DNA from: Paramecium tetraurelia | Lineage: Eukaryota | Direction: 5' to 3' | Assembly: GCA_000165425.1 (NCBI GenBank) | Contig: CT868650.1 | Span: forward strand, 248,001-312,000 | Length of the DNA: 64,000 nucleotides | Part shown: piece after piece, positions 25,286 to 38,352 of the stretch | How positions within the stretch are numbered: position 1 is the stretch's first letter | How the letters are laid out: every line of letters starts with the position of its first letter | Position numbers and translations under genes: made by a program | Notes under the pieces: generated by a model | What the model saw: the letters and a program-made list of their open reading frames with translations, nothing else | Told to the model about the DNA's origin: nothing | The model's database searches: none

Positions 25286-28200
25286 ATGCTCATATTTTCA
25301 TTGCTTATTTCGATAGCAATAGCTTGCAAGTAATAAAATAGGAATAACATAGATCAATAAGCGAATCGGAATCTATAAATTTAGAGAATGGAAAGAAATA
25401 AGAATTATGTTTTAAGGTGAATACCAATCTGCCAACCATAGTTTAATTAGTTAAATACGAAGATGAAGGTTCCAAGAAAAAAAAGAAAAAGGGAAAGAGT
25501 AACAAAGACGAGGATGAAGAGGATGAAAATATATTCATATACGGTATTTGTAGTGTTTAATAAAATTTAGAGGAAGTTGGTTTAGGATAGTGTAAATTAA
25601 AACAAGGACAGAGAGTTTGTTATTTTGAAAAAGGTAAGGATAGATTAGAAGTCGACCTGAAATGCACAAAGGGACCATGCAAATTCAATGTGATTGTTAT
25701 GCAAGAAGAACCTAAGTAATTGCAGATTGGAAAACAATAAAAATCTAAATTAAAATTATTAAAAATAGCATCGAGTTCTAATTATAGGGTAGTCTATTCA
25801 ATTAAATGTAACAATTGTGTCATGAAAATTGTTGATGCAGATCTCTGGTTTTATGGGGACGAACCAACTATTATGCAAAGTGACACAAGATTCATAGCGG
25901 CATTTTACGATGGCATAGAGAGTGAAACAACCATGATTTTAATTGGGGAACAGGAATTTGAAATTGAAAGATTTGAATACGTGAAATAACAGAATTTGAA
26001 TGTGAATTAAGTGATGGTCGATGCAATTGAAAAATCAAAAAAGAATGAATATCTAATTTAAGGTGTAAAAGTAGTTAAACTTAAATCTTATACTCATGAC
26101 ATCTTGAAAATTAAGGTGAGAAATCAAGATGGAGACATCATCATAGATCAGACTCTTAATACATTTTAACATAAAAATTATAATTTATTGTGGAATGAAG
26201 ATTTCTCGAGTTTAGAATTAAGTTCCAGCAATAAAATAGGTTACTAAATAGAAGTTATAGAACAAACTGATATTATCTCTGTTGAAAGTAATGATTTAGC
26301 CATTGGACAGTAATATGGAATTGTTAATTACAAGTTGAAACTACTTGAAATAGAAGACAATCATTTCACAGTATCAGCAGATAGTTCAGATGATATTTCA
26401 GTTTAGGTGAAGCCATGTAAAGGCAGCAAATGTGAAGCTATTGAGAAAATTAAGAATGGAGAATCCTTTCAATCTGTACCATAAAATTGTGATAATCCAG
26501 ATAAGGACAATTATTGTTGGTATGTGATTGCTGTGGAAACTTATGGCATTTATACTCTTGACATCAATGACAATAATGAAGCCAAAATTTTATAATGAGA
26601 ATCAAATCCTTTAATTCTGAGATCGATGAAGAGGAGAAACATCATTTCAAATTTCAACTTAGCAAATTCATAAAATTATAGTTCAATCATTTTTAGAGTC
26701 ACTTCTGAAAATGTTTAAATTCTCGTAAGTAGATCATCTAAGTGTTAATTGGTTAATTGGAAATGTTATGAGTATAGTGGAACCAGTGACTAACCAATAA
26801 GTTTGAGTGATTCTCAAATAAAAGATGGTCAATATTCAATCACAATTGAAGGAATGGAATTAGCAAAGTATGGGTTGATCATAGAAACTCATCCTAAGGA
26901 CAAGATCAATGTTGTCAATATCAAAAAAGGGTCGATTTATAAATCATCAATCAATTCTAATTAAAAGAAATAATGTTTTAAATATGAACAGACTACTAAA
27001 GGAGTTTTAACTCTTTTAGTCCATGGACCCAATCAGAAACTAGTTAGTTATGCTAATATTGACACTGATGAAGAAATTCCAACCAAGGGTGATAACGATG
27101 TAATAACTGGAAATTCAGCCTTGCAATTAGTTAGTGATAAATTCCTAGCTTGTGTTGAAATCTAAGATCAGTATAATTAAGATGTTAAAAATATAACTGA
27201 ATATAATGACATCAAATTTTCACTCATTTTGTACGATGCTTAATCTGTCATTAATTTAGAATTCAACTCAGCCTACTATGGATAAGTAGCATTTACAGAA
27301 TAGTAAAGATTCTCATTTTTGAGTTATTTCGATGAGGATGTTGTTTATATCACTAAAAACATTCTATCAAGTGGAGATGTCAATAAGGACTTATAAGTGT
27401 ACATTAGGTAATATGTTGTATGAGAATTTGGATTAATACGAATACAAGTTCTTTGATAATGAAGTCAGCACATATTCACTCTCAACTGAAAAAATGAAGA
27501 AATTGTGTGATATCGATGAGGATGGCTCAGTCAGTGTTGATCATAGTCGAATCACTCATCTTTGTGAAATATTTGTTGTTGTCAAAAGTATATCTAAGAG
27601 TCCAGTCAGATATACATTAACGATTCATAAATAAGATTTGGCTATCCAATTGACTGATGGATTACAGCAATCATACAATTTGTAACACATTGAGGAATTC
27701 ATGCATTTCTATTATCAACCTAATTCTAAGTCTGCTGATGTGAATTTATTTGCATCTACTTTTTATGGCAAATTTGTTTTGCATATAAACATTTGGAAAT
27801 AAGACAATGTCAAACACAAATCTGATTGGCCATTTATTGATACAGAGGATGATTCAGATATCTCAAGTGGATCAACAAATCAAATACACAGAACCATTAA
27901 ATCATCTGCATTAGATTAATGCTGGCCTGATTGTGTGTTATTGATATCTGTTTAAAGTGAATAGGAAACTCCAAAAAACAATGGGTACAATTTTAATTAT
28001 AATGACCAATTTCATATTATGATTAATCAGGGAATGTAGGATGCTATAGAAGGTTAAAAGTACGAAGTATCAATCAAGAGCGAATAGACTGTTTACTTCA
28101 CATTTAAGAATTTGTAAAAGTTTAGAGATGATGCTTATTTGACATTCTCATTATTGTAAATCATTGGTAATGGTTTCTTCACAATCAGTGTAAACGGAGG

Positions 28201-30631
28201 AGATAAGTTTGAGTATCCCAATTTATATGGAAATTTTGATTTCCATGCAGACGGATCCTACTTTCAATTGTCTAAAGATAAATTGAATGAGAAGCTAAAG
28301 GAGAAACAGATTTCGATTCAGGATGCCTATTTGATTATCTCAGTTGCAGGATTACAAAGTTATTATAATCCCATCCAATAATCTGTTAAATTGGAATTCA
28401 CAATTTCGTACATGAACATGGATTACATTCAAATTATGCATAGTCAACCTAATACAATCCATGCCAAACTACATCAACCCACTATTGTTTAATTTTATAA
28501 TTATCTTAAATAAGATATCTTCTTTAAATTACATAGATTCATAGGATATGGAAACATGTCTGTTTTCATTTGCAATCAGTAAAGTAACATTGCTGAATGT
28601 GTAAAAGACAGCAATGATGCAGAATTCAAATATCTTGATACAGTTTTGGCTGCTGGAAATGAGAATTCATAAATCTTGATTTAAGCTAACGATAAAGATA
28701 AATTCTGTGTTTATTGCACATACATCATCAAAATTGAATCTTCTGATAGCGAATTACAAGGCTAATTAACTGTGGTGTTGGATAATGACTTCGTTAAATT
28801 GCCAGCTGGTGTTTAATACAGTGATTATGTAGAAAACAAGAGATCATCCTAATTCTCCATTTCCTATACTTAGGATAGCAAAATTGAAATATTTATCTAA
28901 ATATTTACAGGAGATCCTATTGTCCAATATTCATATAGCTAAGATACTCTGAAATCCAGCAAAATTGTAAAGGCATAACCAAATAACAAATACATTCACC
29001 TTACTGTTCCCAGTCAAAAAGTATTGGATGAACTTGAATAAATTGCTGAACACTTGTACAATATAAACAATGATAAAAAAAAGGATAATGATGATGAAAA
29101 TGAAATTAGCCTATTACCATCTCATTTTATTCATGATGAATTATATGTCAGAGTTTCCACAGAATCCAATGAACCCTGCAACTATACAATTTACTATACA
29201 AGTGATTATGTTAATGGAAAATTGCAAGATGGTAGAATACATTTTGCCATTATTGAACAGAATATTACATTTTTGTATGAAAATTATAACGAATAGGTTT
29301 CAGTACTCAATCTATCTCCCCTTAATTAAACATCTCTATAAGATATTGAAATAAAAGTCCTTTATATTAAAAAGCAATCATTCGATGATTTCCACTATGA
29401 ATATTTATAAGATATACCCATCAAAACTAGATTAATACATCCTCTCTCCAGCAGCTATGAATTGCCTAAAGATAATGGGATCTATGAAATTATCCTGATA
29501 AATAAGAAGTATATTGAAAATGGAAAAGAAACCAATCCTACTTTATTCATTGAAATAAGTGTCTCCACCAATGACATTAGAATCTTACCCATCTAAAGAC
29601 ATCACAGTGGTTATATCCAACCAAATGATATCGATTACTTTGAGACTTATTCTCCAGCTGAAGGGTATTTGGCTGTTGAAATTTACTCATGCTCATCTGA
29701 TATCAACTTTAGCTTCTCAAAAACCAATTTTAAATCTTTCGTTGATGAAGATTATGACGAATCTGTCGATATTCCAGAAAAGGATTATCATGTTGAAATG
29801 ATCTCAGTGGACAAGGGAACTCTCTGGGTTGCCGTCAAAGGAATCTCTACCACTCCAGCCTATTATCATATTACCAATCATTTCTATTAAAATAAAAAAG
29901 AAATACCTTTTGGTAAAATATTGGCTGGCAACGATGGCCATATTAAGTGGCATTTAGATAAATAAAAATCTGATTCAATATAAATAGAATTTGAACATGC
30001 CACTTGTAATAAATGCAATTTGGAGGGAGTCTAAATTAATTATCACATCTTTATTGCTCAAGATGAAAAGAAACTACAAATGTTGGGTTATTGTGGTAAT
30101 GAATAATTCGAAACCCACAAGGCAGATGATGAAAAAATCTTCAAAAAGACTATTCAATCATATCGCCTAGCTGATCACAATGGCAGTATTGTATATGAAA
30201 TTGAATTTCCAAATTTAGTTACGTATGAATATGCATCAGTTGGAGTTTTTGCTACTGTTGATAATTTCATGAAGTACTCCTTTATTTTAATATTAGTTCC
30301 ACTTCTTAAATTAAAGTATTTTATAGAACCATCCAAGTACCAGTACCAAATTATTTTGCAAAATTCTTAAATCATAATAGAACATTCTTTACTTTCTTAA
30401 TAGTTGGCATGATTTTGTTAATAGCATTATTGACTCTTTGGCTGTGTTATTACATTAAACGGTAAATAAAATCATTTATTTATACATAGATACAGAAATA
30501 CAAAATATAAATTAGACTTTTAATTAGAGTAGGGAGCCAAAATTATTGCCTCCAACAAATTACCTTAGAATGATGATGCTGCATTCTAAAATGATTTCAA
30601 AATGAAATACTAGACATTTGAAGAGGATTGA
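25286..30631 (+). CDS. Large type-I membrane protein (~1700 aa) with repeated beta-rich extracellular modules
   Basis: Signal peptide MLIFSLLISIAIA; long ectodomain with CxxxC motifs; TM FLIVGMILLIALLTLWLCYYI near 30390-30455; short tail ending KYQTFEED-TGA. Confidence 0.8.
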
Positions 30632-30978
30632 GATTTAATTATTATAAATAAGAATATAATACTTTAATGTGAAAGATTGAATTATCTTCTTAATACTCAT
30701 ATTGTTATCACTATTTATATGAATTATACTAACTATTGGCAATAATATGTGAGTCAAATTTAATGTATTTAAATGATAGCACAGTTATGTTATTATAATT
30801 TATATTGTATCTTTTTCAAAAAGATATTAAAACATAGAGATATCAAATTTCATAAAGGCTAATCATAAAGATCCTAGATTCTAAAATAAATGTAAACGAG
30901 GATTGAGAAAGTAGACAAAAAGAATGAAAATTGAGGAAAAAGTCTTGAATGAGGAATATATATTAATCCCCATTTAAA

Positions 30979-32159
30979 TCATGATCTCTTAGGATATGAA
31001 TCCTTAGAATATAGAATTCTCTGAAATTTGAGTAATAAATAAATAATACAACTTTCATTTCCTGTAAACGCGAACATCAGATCTAGTATGTTGGTGCATT
31101 CGTAAAGGTATACGCATTGCATCATTAATTTTAAATTGCTTTGACAACGAGAGACTTTGTTAATGGTTTTTCGATGATGATATTCTAACTTAAAATTCAT
31201 ATGTACTTCGATTTCTATGGGATGGCAGTGTTATTGTGAGTGTGATTAGACGGGGAATTCATGGTGTAGATTTGTGCAGGAGTGAGCATTTTCTATAGAG
31301 GACCTTTGAGTATTCTTTAAGTATAGGGGCCAATTTAGGGTTGGGCATCTGTTCCCATTTTTGGGGATAAGTGGAAGGTCTATTAATTTTTCTAAGTTCT
31401 TGATATTATTTGTTTAATGGTCTATTGACTCACTCCTATTGGGAGTTTATTATAAGTTTTAGGGGAGTTCAGTTATACATGTTGAGTGATAGTCTTGAGT
31501 TTTTGTTTGTCTACCATAAATTGAATGAAATTTTGTAACTATTCTTATTCTCGATTAGATGGCTAAAGATTTAACTCGCCAACATTAATTTATAATGCAT
31601 TCAATTTATTATTAATGGTTTCAATAGTTGTTGAAGCATCCTAAATGCCAGATAGGATCTTGCTGTATGCATGCTATGGTTTAGGGGAGGTGGGAACAGC
31701 TTCTTTGGGCGAGTCTCCAACAATGGCCTTTTTAGGTTTATTGGGGTTATTTCTATTTTCCTCCTCGATAATTCTCTTGATCCTATAATATTCAATCCTT
31801 CTCCTCTTATCATGATAGCTGATCTATGTCTATGAATAAAATACTTGCTCATAATATGACATAAATGTGGCATGAAGAACCTAGGTATCTCATTGTGATA
31901 CTTGTAGTACTCAGTAAAGAGACGAAGCTTTTGGAACACCTCACCTAATGAGGATTATAGATTATGCATACTTACTTAAGCAATAGAATCGCTTCAGATA
32001 TTCTAATTCCTCTCGATAGGCCATAACTTAATAGAACCCAATCACATCGGAGGTTCTGGCAGAACTCACAAAATCATTTAGAGTCTTGGAGTAATAGTAG
32101 GATTGACTGTGTGCATACTTTTTCTCGAGAAACCTTTGCACATCATATTTATTGGCCAT
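30979..32159 (-). CDS. Hypothetical protein of a ciliate-expanded family (EYLKRFY / YYKYHNEIPR motif)
   Basis: MANKYDVQRFLEKKYAHSQSYYYSK...EYLKRFY...KLRLFTEYYKYHNEIPRFF. The 3' end is approximate. Confidence 0.7.
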
Positions 32160-32215
32160 TTTTATTAATATGTTAATCGATTATTTTTTAGTTATAGGAT
32201 TATAAACAAAATCAA

Positions 32216-34455
32216 ATGGTATACTATTGCAGTACATTTAGAAATATCGTTAACTAATATACTCAACAAGAAACAGGAGCCAGAAATGATCATCATGCAT
32301 CCCATGGATTAGCCTGCTCCAGATTACATTGAGAATATCAAAATGGTTCACACTATTATCGATTATTTAGTGGTGTTTCCCCAATGGAGTGCAATATTAC
32401 AACCAAGATTTAAAAAGAATAGATTTGGATAATAAATCAGAATAAACAATAACCGAAGACATTCGAAGTTAAGATCAATTGAGTCACTTTGTGCTCACTG
32501 ATGAAAAGGGGCAATAGAAGTTCTGCACATCCCTACTCTACTATGTATTATACCTATCTAGTCTAAGGAAAAAGTGTATGTGAAGAACAAACACAAACAT
32601 TATTAGAAGCTATCCAAAACATTCCCCAAAATAGCAATCAAGCAAATCATCAAGAATCCCTTGATTTTGGATGAAGACACGCAATTGATATATGCTCCTA
32701 AAACAATTACTCTGGTCTCTCATTCTCCCTCATTCGATTTGCAAAGACAATTTCTTGTTTTCTTCTACAATAGCTATATCATTGATCGTGGATTGAATTC
32801 CATAGGCTTATGTGAAGATCATCTTAAACAGTTTGAGCGATTAGTGCTCACTCATGGCTTAAATGGTGCTGAATAAGAATGGAATTAACAGGAAGTATTA
32901 CATCTGAAATAACTTGAATAAGATTATATCATGGATAAAGACATCTTAGAATTTTATATTAGCGTTTTATTCACTCTCAACAAGAAAACCCTATTAACAG
33001 ATGAAGATCAAAATCATGAAATTAGAATTACTAAATGCGAAGTTCACAATGAAATTCTCAGATTCAGAACCAACGATTAAGAAATCCTATCTTTGACTAA
33101 TTTCACTTTTCGCCCTCTTTTCAGTAGACTCTCCCTTGTCAATATTATGAGAATAGTAATGTGTATCATCTCAGAAAAACAAATGGTCTTTTTCTCTACT
33201 AATATAAGTAATCTCTAGTAACAAAATAATAGGTGAAATTCCATAAATAACCGAAGGCTTGCTCTCTTTGATCAAACCACTCAAATGGTCCAATATATAC
33301 ATCCCTTGCTCAAATATTGATATATGGGAGTATGCCTAAGCCTTGTAGCCTTATATCATAGGTTTTGAAAAAAAACATAAATAATTTGTATAGCATCAAA
33401 ATTATACATTTAGTTACTCACCTAGTTATAAGGAAAAGTTATTGTTGATCTTGATGAAGATTCAATTATTGACAACAGCCATACTATTGATGATGTATTA
33501 AAATCAATTCATTCAATTTTAGTTAAAAATACCAGAGAAATGGTTAATTGAACTTAAAAACAAATTGAATCAAATTACTACTTAATTAAAATACTCACCA
33601 AAATAAAAAATTTATTAATGGATGGAGGCCATTCTAAAGACCAAGAAAGCATTTTTTAACTTTATATTATAAATTGTGCAAAATGTTCTACCTTTTATAA
33701 AGTCCTTGAATGATAGAGAACCCTAATAATTTACTCAAACTCTAAAATAATGTTTTGACTTATAAGGGTATATTAAGAACCATCCTGAATAAGAGTTTAT
33801 TTCAGTAATTGCAAAGAATACAATGACTTTCAGCACATTTATCGAATAGGTTGACGATTATTACTCTTTAAGTAAATAAGTTGATCCCATGATTGTATCT
33901 TATGTAGAATACATGAAAGTTTAAGGGCAAAAAAATGAATTAGATTTTCATAAATTGATTAATTCATGTTTGGATAAAGAAATTGAGAAAAATCTAAAAA
34001 ACTTTTCCAATCCAGCCACCATTGATTTATACCCTTGGATGATAAAGTATCGGAAATTTCAGGAATTATTCAAAGAAAAGCACAGTGAGTAAGTAGAATA
34101 GAAGGAAAATCAATAGATAGTATTGCATTTTTATGATGAAGAATCAAGAATGAAAACTAGACAACTGCTGAATTCTAAGGAAAATATTTTTTCAAAGTTC
34201 AATCAAAAGAAGATTATTAACTTGAAGCAAATTTTTACTCATTAAAATGTTTCAAATCTGGTTTAAAATTATAAACTAATCTCTAACTCTTTAAAATAGC
34301 TAGTAAAAAAACCATCAGAAAACTTTGATTTAGATCCAATCCTTCAAAAACGCAAAACCTTACTACGTCGTCACTCTACTCTAATGAATGAATAATTGGA
34401 AGGAACCAAGGAAGATATCATGAGGTTAGTAGAATCACTATAAAAGCAAGCATGA
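32216..34455 (+). CDS. DENN-domain protein (putative Rab GEF)
   Basis: CFPNG (uDENN), FVLTDEKGQQKFCTSL, YAPKTITLVSHSP, FRPLFSRLS...SEKQMVFFS, LIKPLKWSNIYIP, PYIIG. Confidence 0.85.
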
Positions 34456-34490
34456 ATAAATTAATATTTATAGAAAAATTATTAATTAAA

Positions 34491-35146
34491 ATGATTTCTA
34501 GTAACTAAACGAAATCATTACTTGAAAGCATGGAGAAGAATGAAGATCCATCCGCTTTTGCAGATGCTTTAGGCCTTTTAGAAAAGCTAATCACCAAGTA
34601 CTCACAGCAAATATGAATTAGTATAATAAACAACCCCAACGAAGATAAATTTAAACATATAAAGATGACAGTTAAAGCATTAGCCACTCGTCTATTTAAT
34701 ATAAGAGAAATGGCATAATTACTCACATGTTTAGGTTTCATTTAAGTAATCAATCATCTTTATATAATATAGTTAGAATAAGAATTTTATCTCCCTGATG
34801 AAGAATATGCAACATTATTAGAGAATTTCAATACAATTAAGTGGTAGCATATTTTAGCTTAAGGAAGAGTAGAGGGACCTCAACAATATCAACGAGCTTA
34901 AGAAATGTATAATTTTGTATTCTAATATTTACTAGAGTTAGATAATAGCAAGAAGCTTAGAGATAATACGAAAAAGAGATAAAAGAAAAGGAGAAAATTT
35001 AATAATAAATGAAATATGATAGATAAGAGAGAAGTTTAGTGAAAGAGAAGGATTCAAAAGCCAATGATTTGTAATTTGGTGCCAAAGTGAAAACATGTGA
35101 ACAGCTAGGCATAAATAAGAATAATGGTAAACGTGGGTGAGGTTGA
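34491..35146 (+). CDS. PUB-domain protein, candidate selenoprotein ending ...GKRG-Sec-G
   Basis: PUB motif LLEKLITNIINNPNEDKFKHIK...LLTCLGF after removing short introns; coiled coil; in-frame TGA at 35138-35140, GGT, TGA at 35144-35146; SECIS-like element downstream. Confidence 0.8.
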
Positions 35147-35178
35147 GCGGGGCGAAGGTTTAAATACTTTCGCCTCGC
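35147..35178 (+). promoter_or_regulatory. GC-rich RNA hairpin just 3' of the UGA-GGU-UGA (possible Sec redefinition element)
   Basis: GCGGGGCGAAGGT-TTAAAT-ACTTTCGCCTCGC forms 13 contiguous pairs (2 G-U) in otherwise very AT-rich DNA. Confidence 0.7.
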
Positions 35179-35220
35179 ATTATAATAATAAGGAAAATAA
35201 TCAATCAACCAATAGAAGTA

Positions 35221-35296
35221 AGAAATTACTTCTTAGATGATCAAAGTGCATTTAAAACTAACAGATGCTTTTTGAGAGATGGATTGTGAGTTTTCT
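35221..35296 (+). promoter_or_regulatory. Eukaryotic SECIS element (type I-like) in the 3' UTR of the PUB gene
   Basis: ATGA-T core at 35237-35241; helix CAAAGTGCATTT/AGATGCTTTTTG (11 of 12 paired); apical loop starting AAAA; 3' core A-GA-G at 35275-35278; lower helix AGAAATTAC../..GTGAGTTTTCT. Confidence 0.75.
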
Positions 35297-35832
35297 TTAT
35301 ATATAAATGTATGGTGAAGAAAATAAGATATTATATTATTCAACTTTTTTAGTTTCATTTCATATGAAATTATGTCCACTAAATTATGACACTTAAGTAA
35401 TTAAAGATGATAACAATTAAAATTGAGTAAAATCAAAGATTTTCCTTACCTTTTAAGACGCCTCATCAACAATAAAAGATTGAACTTAAAATTTTCTTAG
35501 ATTTTAAGAGTTAAATCATAATTGAAAAGTAAGATTTGCGAAATTGCTTAAATCACTACCATACCATTTAATGCATAGATTGCTTGCCCTAACTAAAATA
35601 TTCTTGCCACTTCTTGTTATCAACATTTGTGGCATATTATTTTTAGACAGATTTAGGTATATATTTGTAATTTCAAGTCAAAACCATTGAATGCCCTAAA
35701 GTCTTTAATTTAGAAAGATTTCTCATATTATTTCTAATTCTTTTCTTCATTCTCCTTCTTGTTAAGATGTGTAGTATTATTAATTATTTTTAATTTCACA
35801 AATATTAAATTAATTTAAATTACGCACTAAAT

Positions 35833-37851
35833 ATGCATCCTACAACATAATTGCTTTAAGAAGCCAGAGACAGAGTAACATTTCCTACTCAAGAGCTAAC
35901 CAAATTACTCTATGGGAATGAAGAGATTTATGAAACATTTATGAAAGCCTAAAAGGTTATCGCTAGTGAGCCAAGTATCAGAAATCATCCTGATTATCAC
36001 AATTGGGGACGCAAAGAATAGATTATCAAATCATATGAAAAACTAAGAATCATGCATTAGCATTTAAATCTTGCAAATTCAGCTCATTGGGCACCTATGT
36101 TGAGTTTATTCTAAGGTACAACTCCTTCAGCTGTATCATTTGGAATGACTGTTCCAGCTTTGAGATTCCTTGGTACTGATGAATAATTCAATCTCTGGGG
36201 TCCTAAGTTTCTAACGATGGAAATTGTAGCTGCTTATGCCTAGACGGAAATTGGTCACGGAAGTGATGTATAGAATTTGGAAACCACTGCAACTTATGAT
36301 TCATAGACTAATGATTTTGTTTTGCATACACCTTCAGTTCAAGCTGTTAAATGTAATCATGTATTAATATGAATTAGTTTGGCCAGGAGAACTAGGATTT
36401 TTATCAAATTACGCACTTGTCTATGCAAAGTTGATATTCAATGGTAAGAATAAGGGAGTTCATCCTTTTATGGTCTAAATAAGAGATATCTCAACTCATA
36501 AGCCATTGAAAGGTGTTGTAGTTGGAGACATAGGACCTAAATTAGGATATTCCACAAAAGATAATGGATTCTTGGCATTTGAGAATTACAGGATTCCACT
36601 CAATAGTTTATTAGCAAGGTATGTTAGAATTGAGAATGGACAATTTTCTAGACACGGGAATGAAAAGGTATTGATTTTTTACATACTAGATATCTTATGC
36701 ATCAATGATGGTATCTAGATAATTAATAATTTTCATTTATCCAAGAATGGCAGCTTAAAGCTTGACAGTGGCAATTAGATATTCAATAACGAGATAACAA
36801 TTCACAAATGATAAAAGAGAAGAGAACTCAGTCCTTGAATATTAAACATAATAAGATAAATTATTGCCAAGATTGGCCACATGTTACGGAATGATCTTTG
36901 CTGGCTTAAGAATCATGGAATTGGTTGATGATAACTTCCATCGAGTGTTAAAGAAAGATTTCAGTACATTATAATAATCACATGCTATTTTGAGGTATTT
37001 GAAATGAAGATGTTATCTCTAGTGCTCTAAAAGCTTGGTCTTCATAATGGGTTGTTGATACAGCTGAATGGTGTAGATTATCATGTGGTGGACATGGTTA
37101 TGCACACTATTCAGGAATTCCAGCCATCTATTTTGACACTGCTCCAAATGTTACATTGGAAGGAGAGAATCAAGTTATGTATCTTTAAGTCGCAAGATAC
37201 TTGCTTAAAGTATTACAATACGTAGAAAAAAATCCAGAAAAGGTTCCATTTTATTTCAACTTTGTGTTACACATTAAAGAAACATTGGCCAATCAAAGTA
37301 CAGATTTAGGATAATTGCTCAAATTGACTCTTACCCTTTAATTAATAAGTGTTGCTAAGAAGATTAAGGATAATATGAGTACAGGCAAGAATTTCTAATA
37401 AATTTGGAATGAAGTTGTAGGAGTTCAATTATTATCTGTGGCTTAAAGATATGCTGAATATTTCACATATTTAGTATTTTAGGAATACATTTCCAGTGCT
37501 AATCCATCAGTTAAGGAAGTATTGTAACAAATGTGTGATTTATATTCACTGTAAGTAATTTTGGATAATCCAAACACCCTTATTGAATCAGGTAGGATAA
37601 CAGTTGAGTAATTCAAGCAATTTAATGAAACCAAAATTGAATTACTCAATAAACTGAAGCCATAAGCCTTGGGTTTAGTTGAGGCTTTCAATTTCTCTGA
37701 TAATGCTTTGAGAACTTGCATTGGCTGCCATGATGGAAAACCGTATGAATACATTTATGATTGGGCCACAAAAGAGAATTCAGTTAATATCAAAGGAGTA
37801 CCTTAAGCTGTGAATGACTTGATGGGCACAAAAATCAAAGCTAGATTATGA
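35833..37851 (+). CDS. ACOX: Peroxisomal acyl-CoA oxidase
   Basis: AYAQTEIGHGSDVQNLETTATYD, K/FWPGELG, GDIGPKLGY...DNGFL, CRLSCGGHGY, TLEGENQV; C-terminal PTS1 tripeptide ARL. Confidence 0.95.
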
Positions 37852-37869
37852 TATTAATTATTTTAATAA

Positions 37870-38251
37870 ATGAGAAAAAACATTCAGATTATTGCAAGAT
37901 AATTCACATCTACAAAACCTGAACTTTTCAAGGCCCAAAAATTGGATGTCAAAACATTTGAGTATGAACCCTTCAAATTTGGAATTGAAAGACAATCTAT
38001 GATTCACGGATATACTATGGAGGAAATGTATGGCAGGTAAAAGAAGTTATTTAATACCTAGGTTTTATGGAATCAAGCATTCCCCTTTGATCTAAAAGGA
38101 GTTGAAGAAGGACAATCTTATTGCTCTTGCTATTCTTTTGGGAGGCAGTGTGATTACATTCTATTATAATGAATGGGGAGCTTAAGATTAAGCTAATTGG
38201 CTTTAATACTATTATTCTGATTTAACAACCAAGAGAAACAATCTCAAATGA
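37870..38251 (+). CDS. Small single-TM protein, probably mitochondrial
   Basis: Basic presequence-like MRKNIQIIARQFTS, one intron, TM LIALAILLGGSVITFYY, TGA at 38249. Confidence 0.7.
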
Positions 38252-38352
38252 TTGACACCAATTTAAACATATCATAAAGACATAAAATAATAGCATTCTT
38301 ATTAATATACATATTAAATTGCTATAAGATAAATAATATATTTTATATCTAT

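Noticed and set aside
30719..30933. Short plus-strand ORF MNYTNYWQQY...
   Set aside because: No recognisable motif; such ORFs arise easily when only TGA is a stop.
35147..35178. Hairpin read as a bacterial-type intrinsic terminator
   Set aside because: No U-tract follows, the host is eukaryotic, and a SECIS-like element lies downstream on the same strand.
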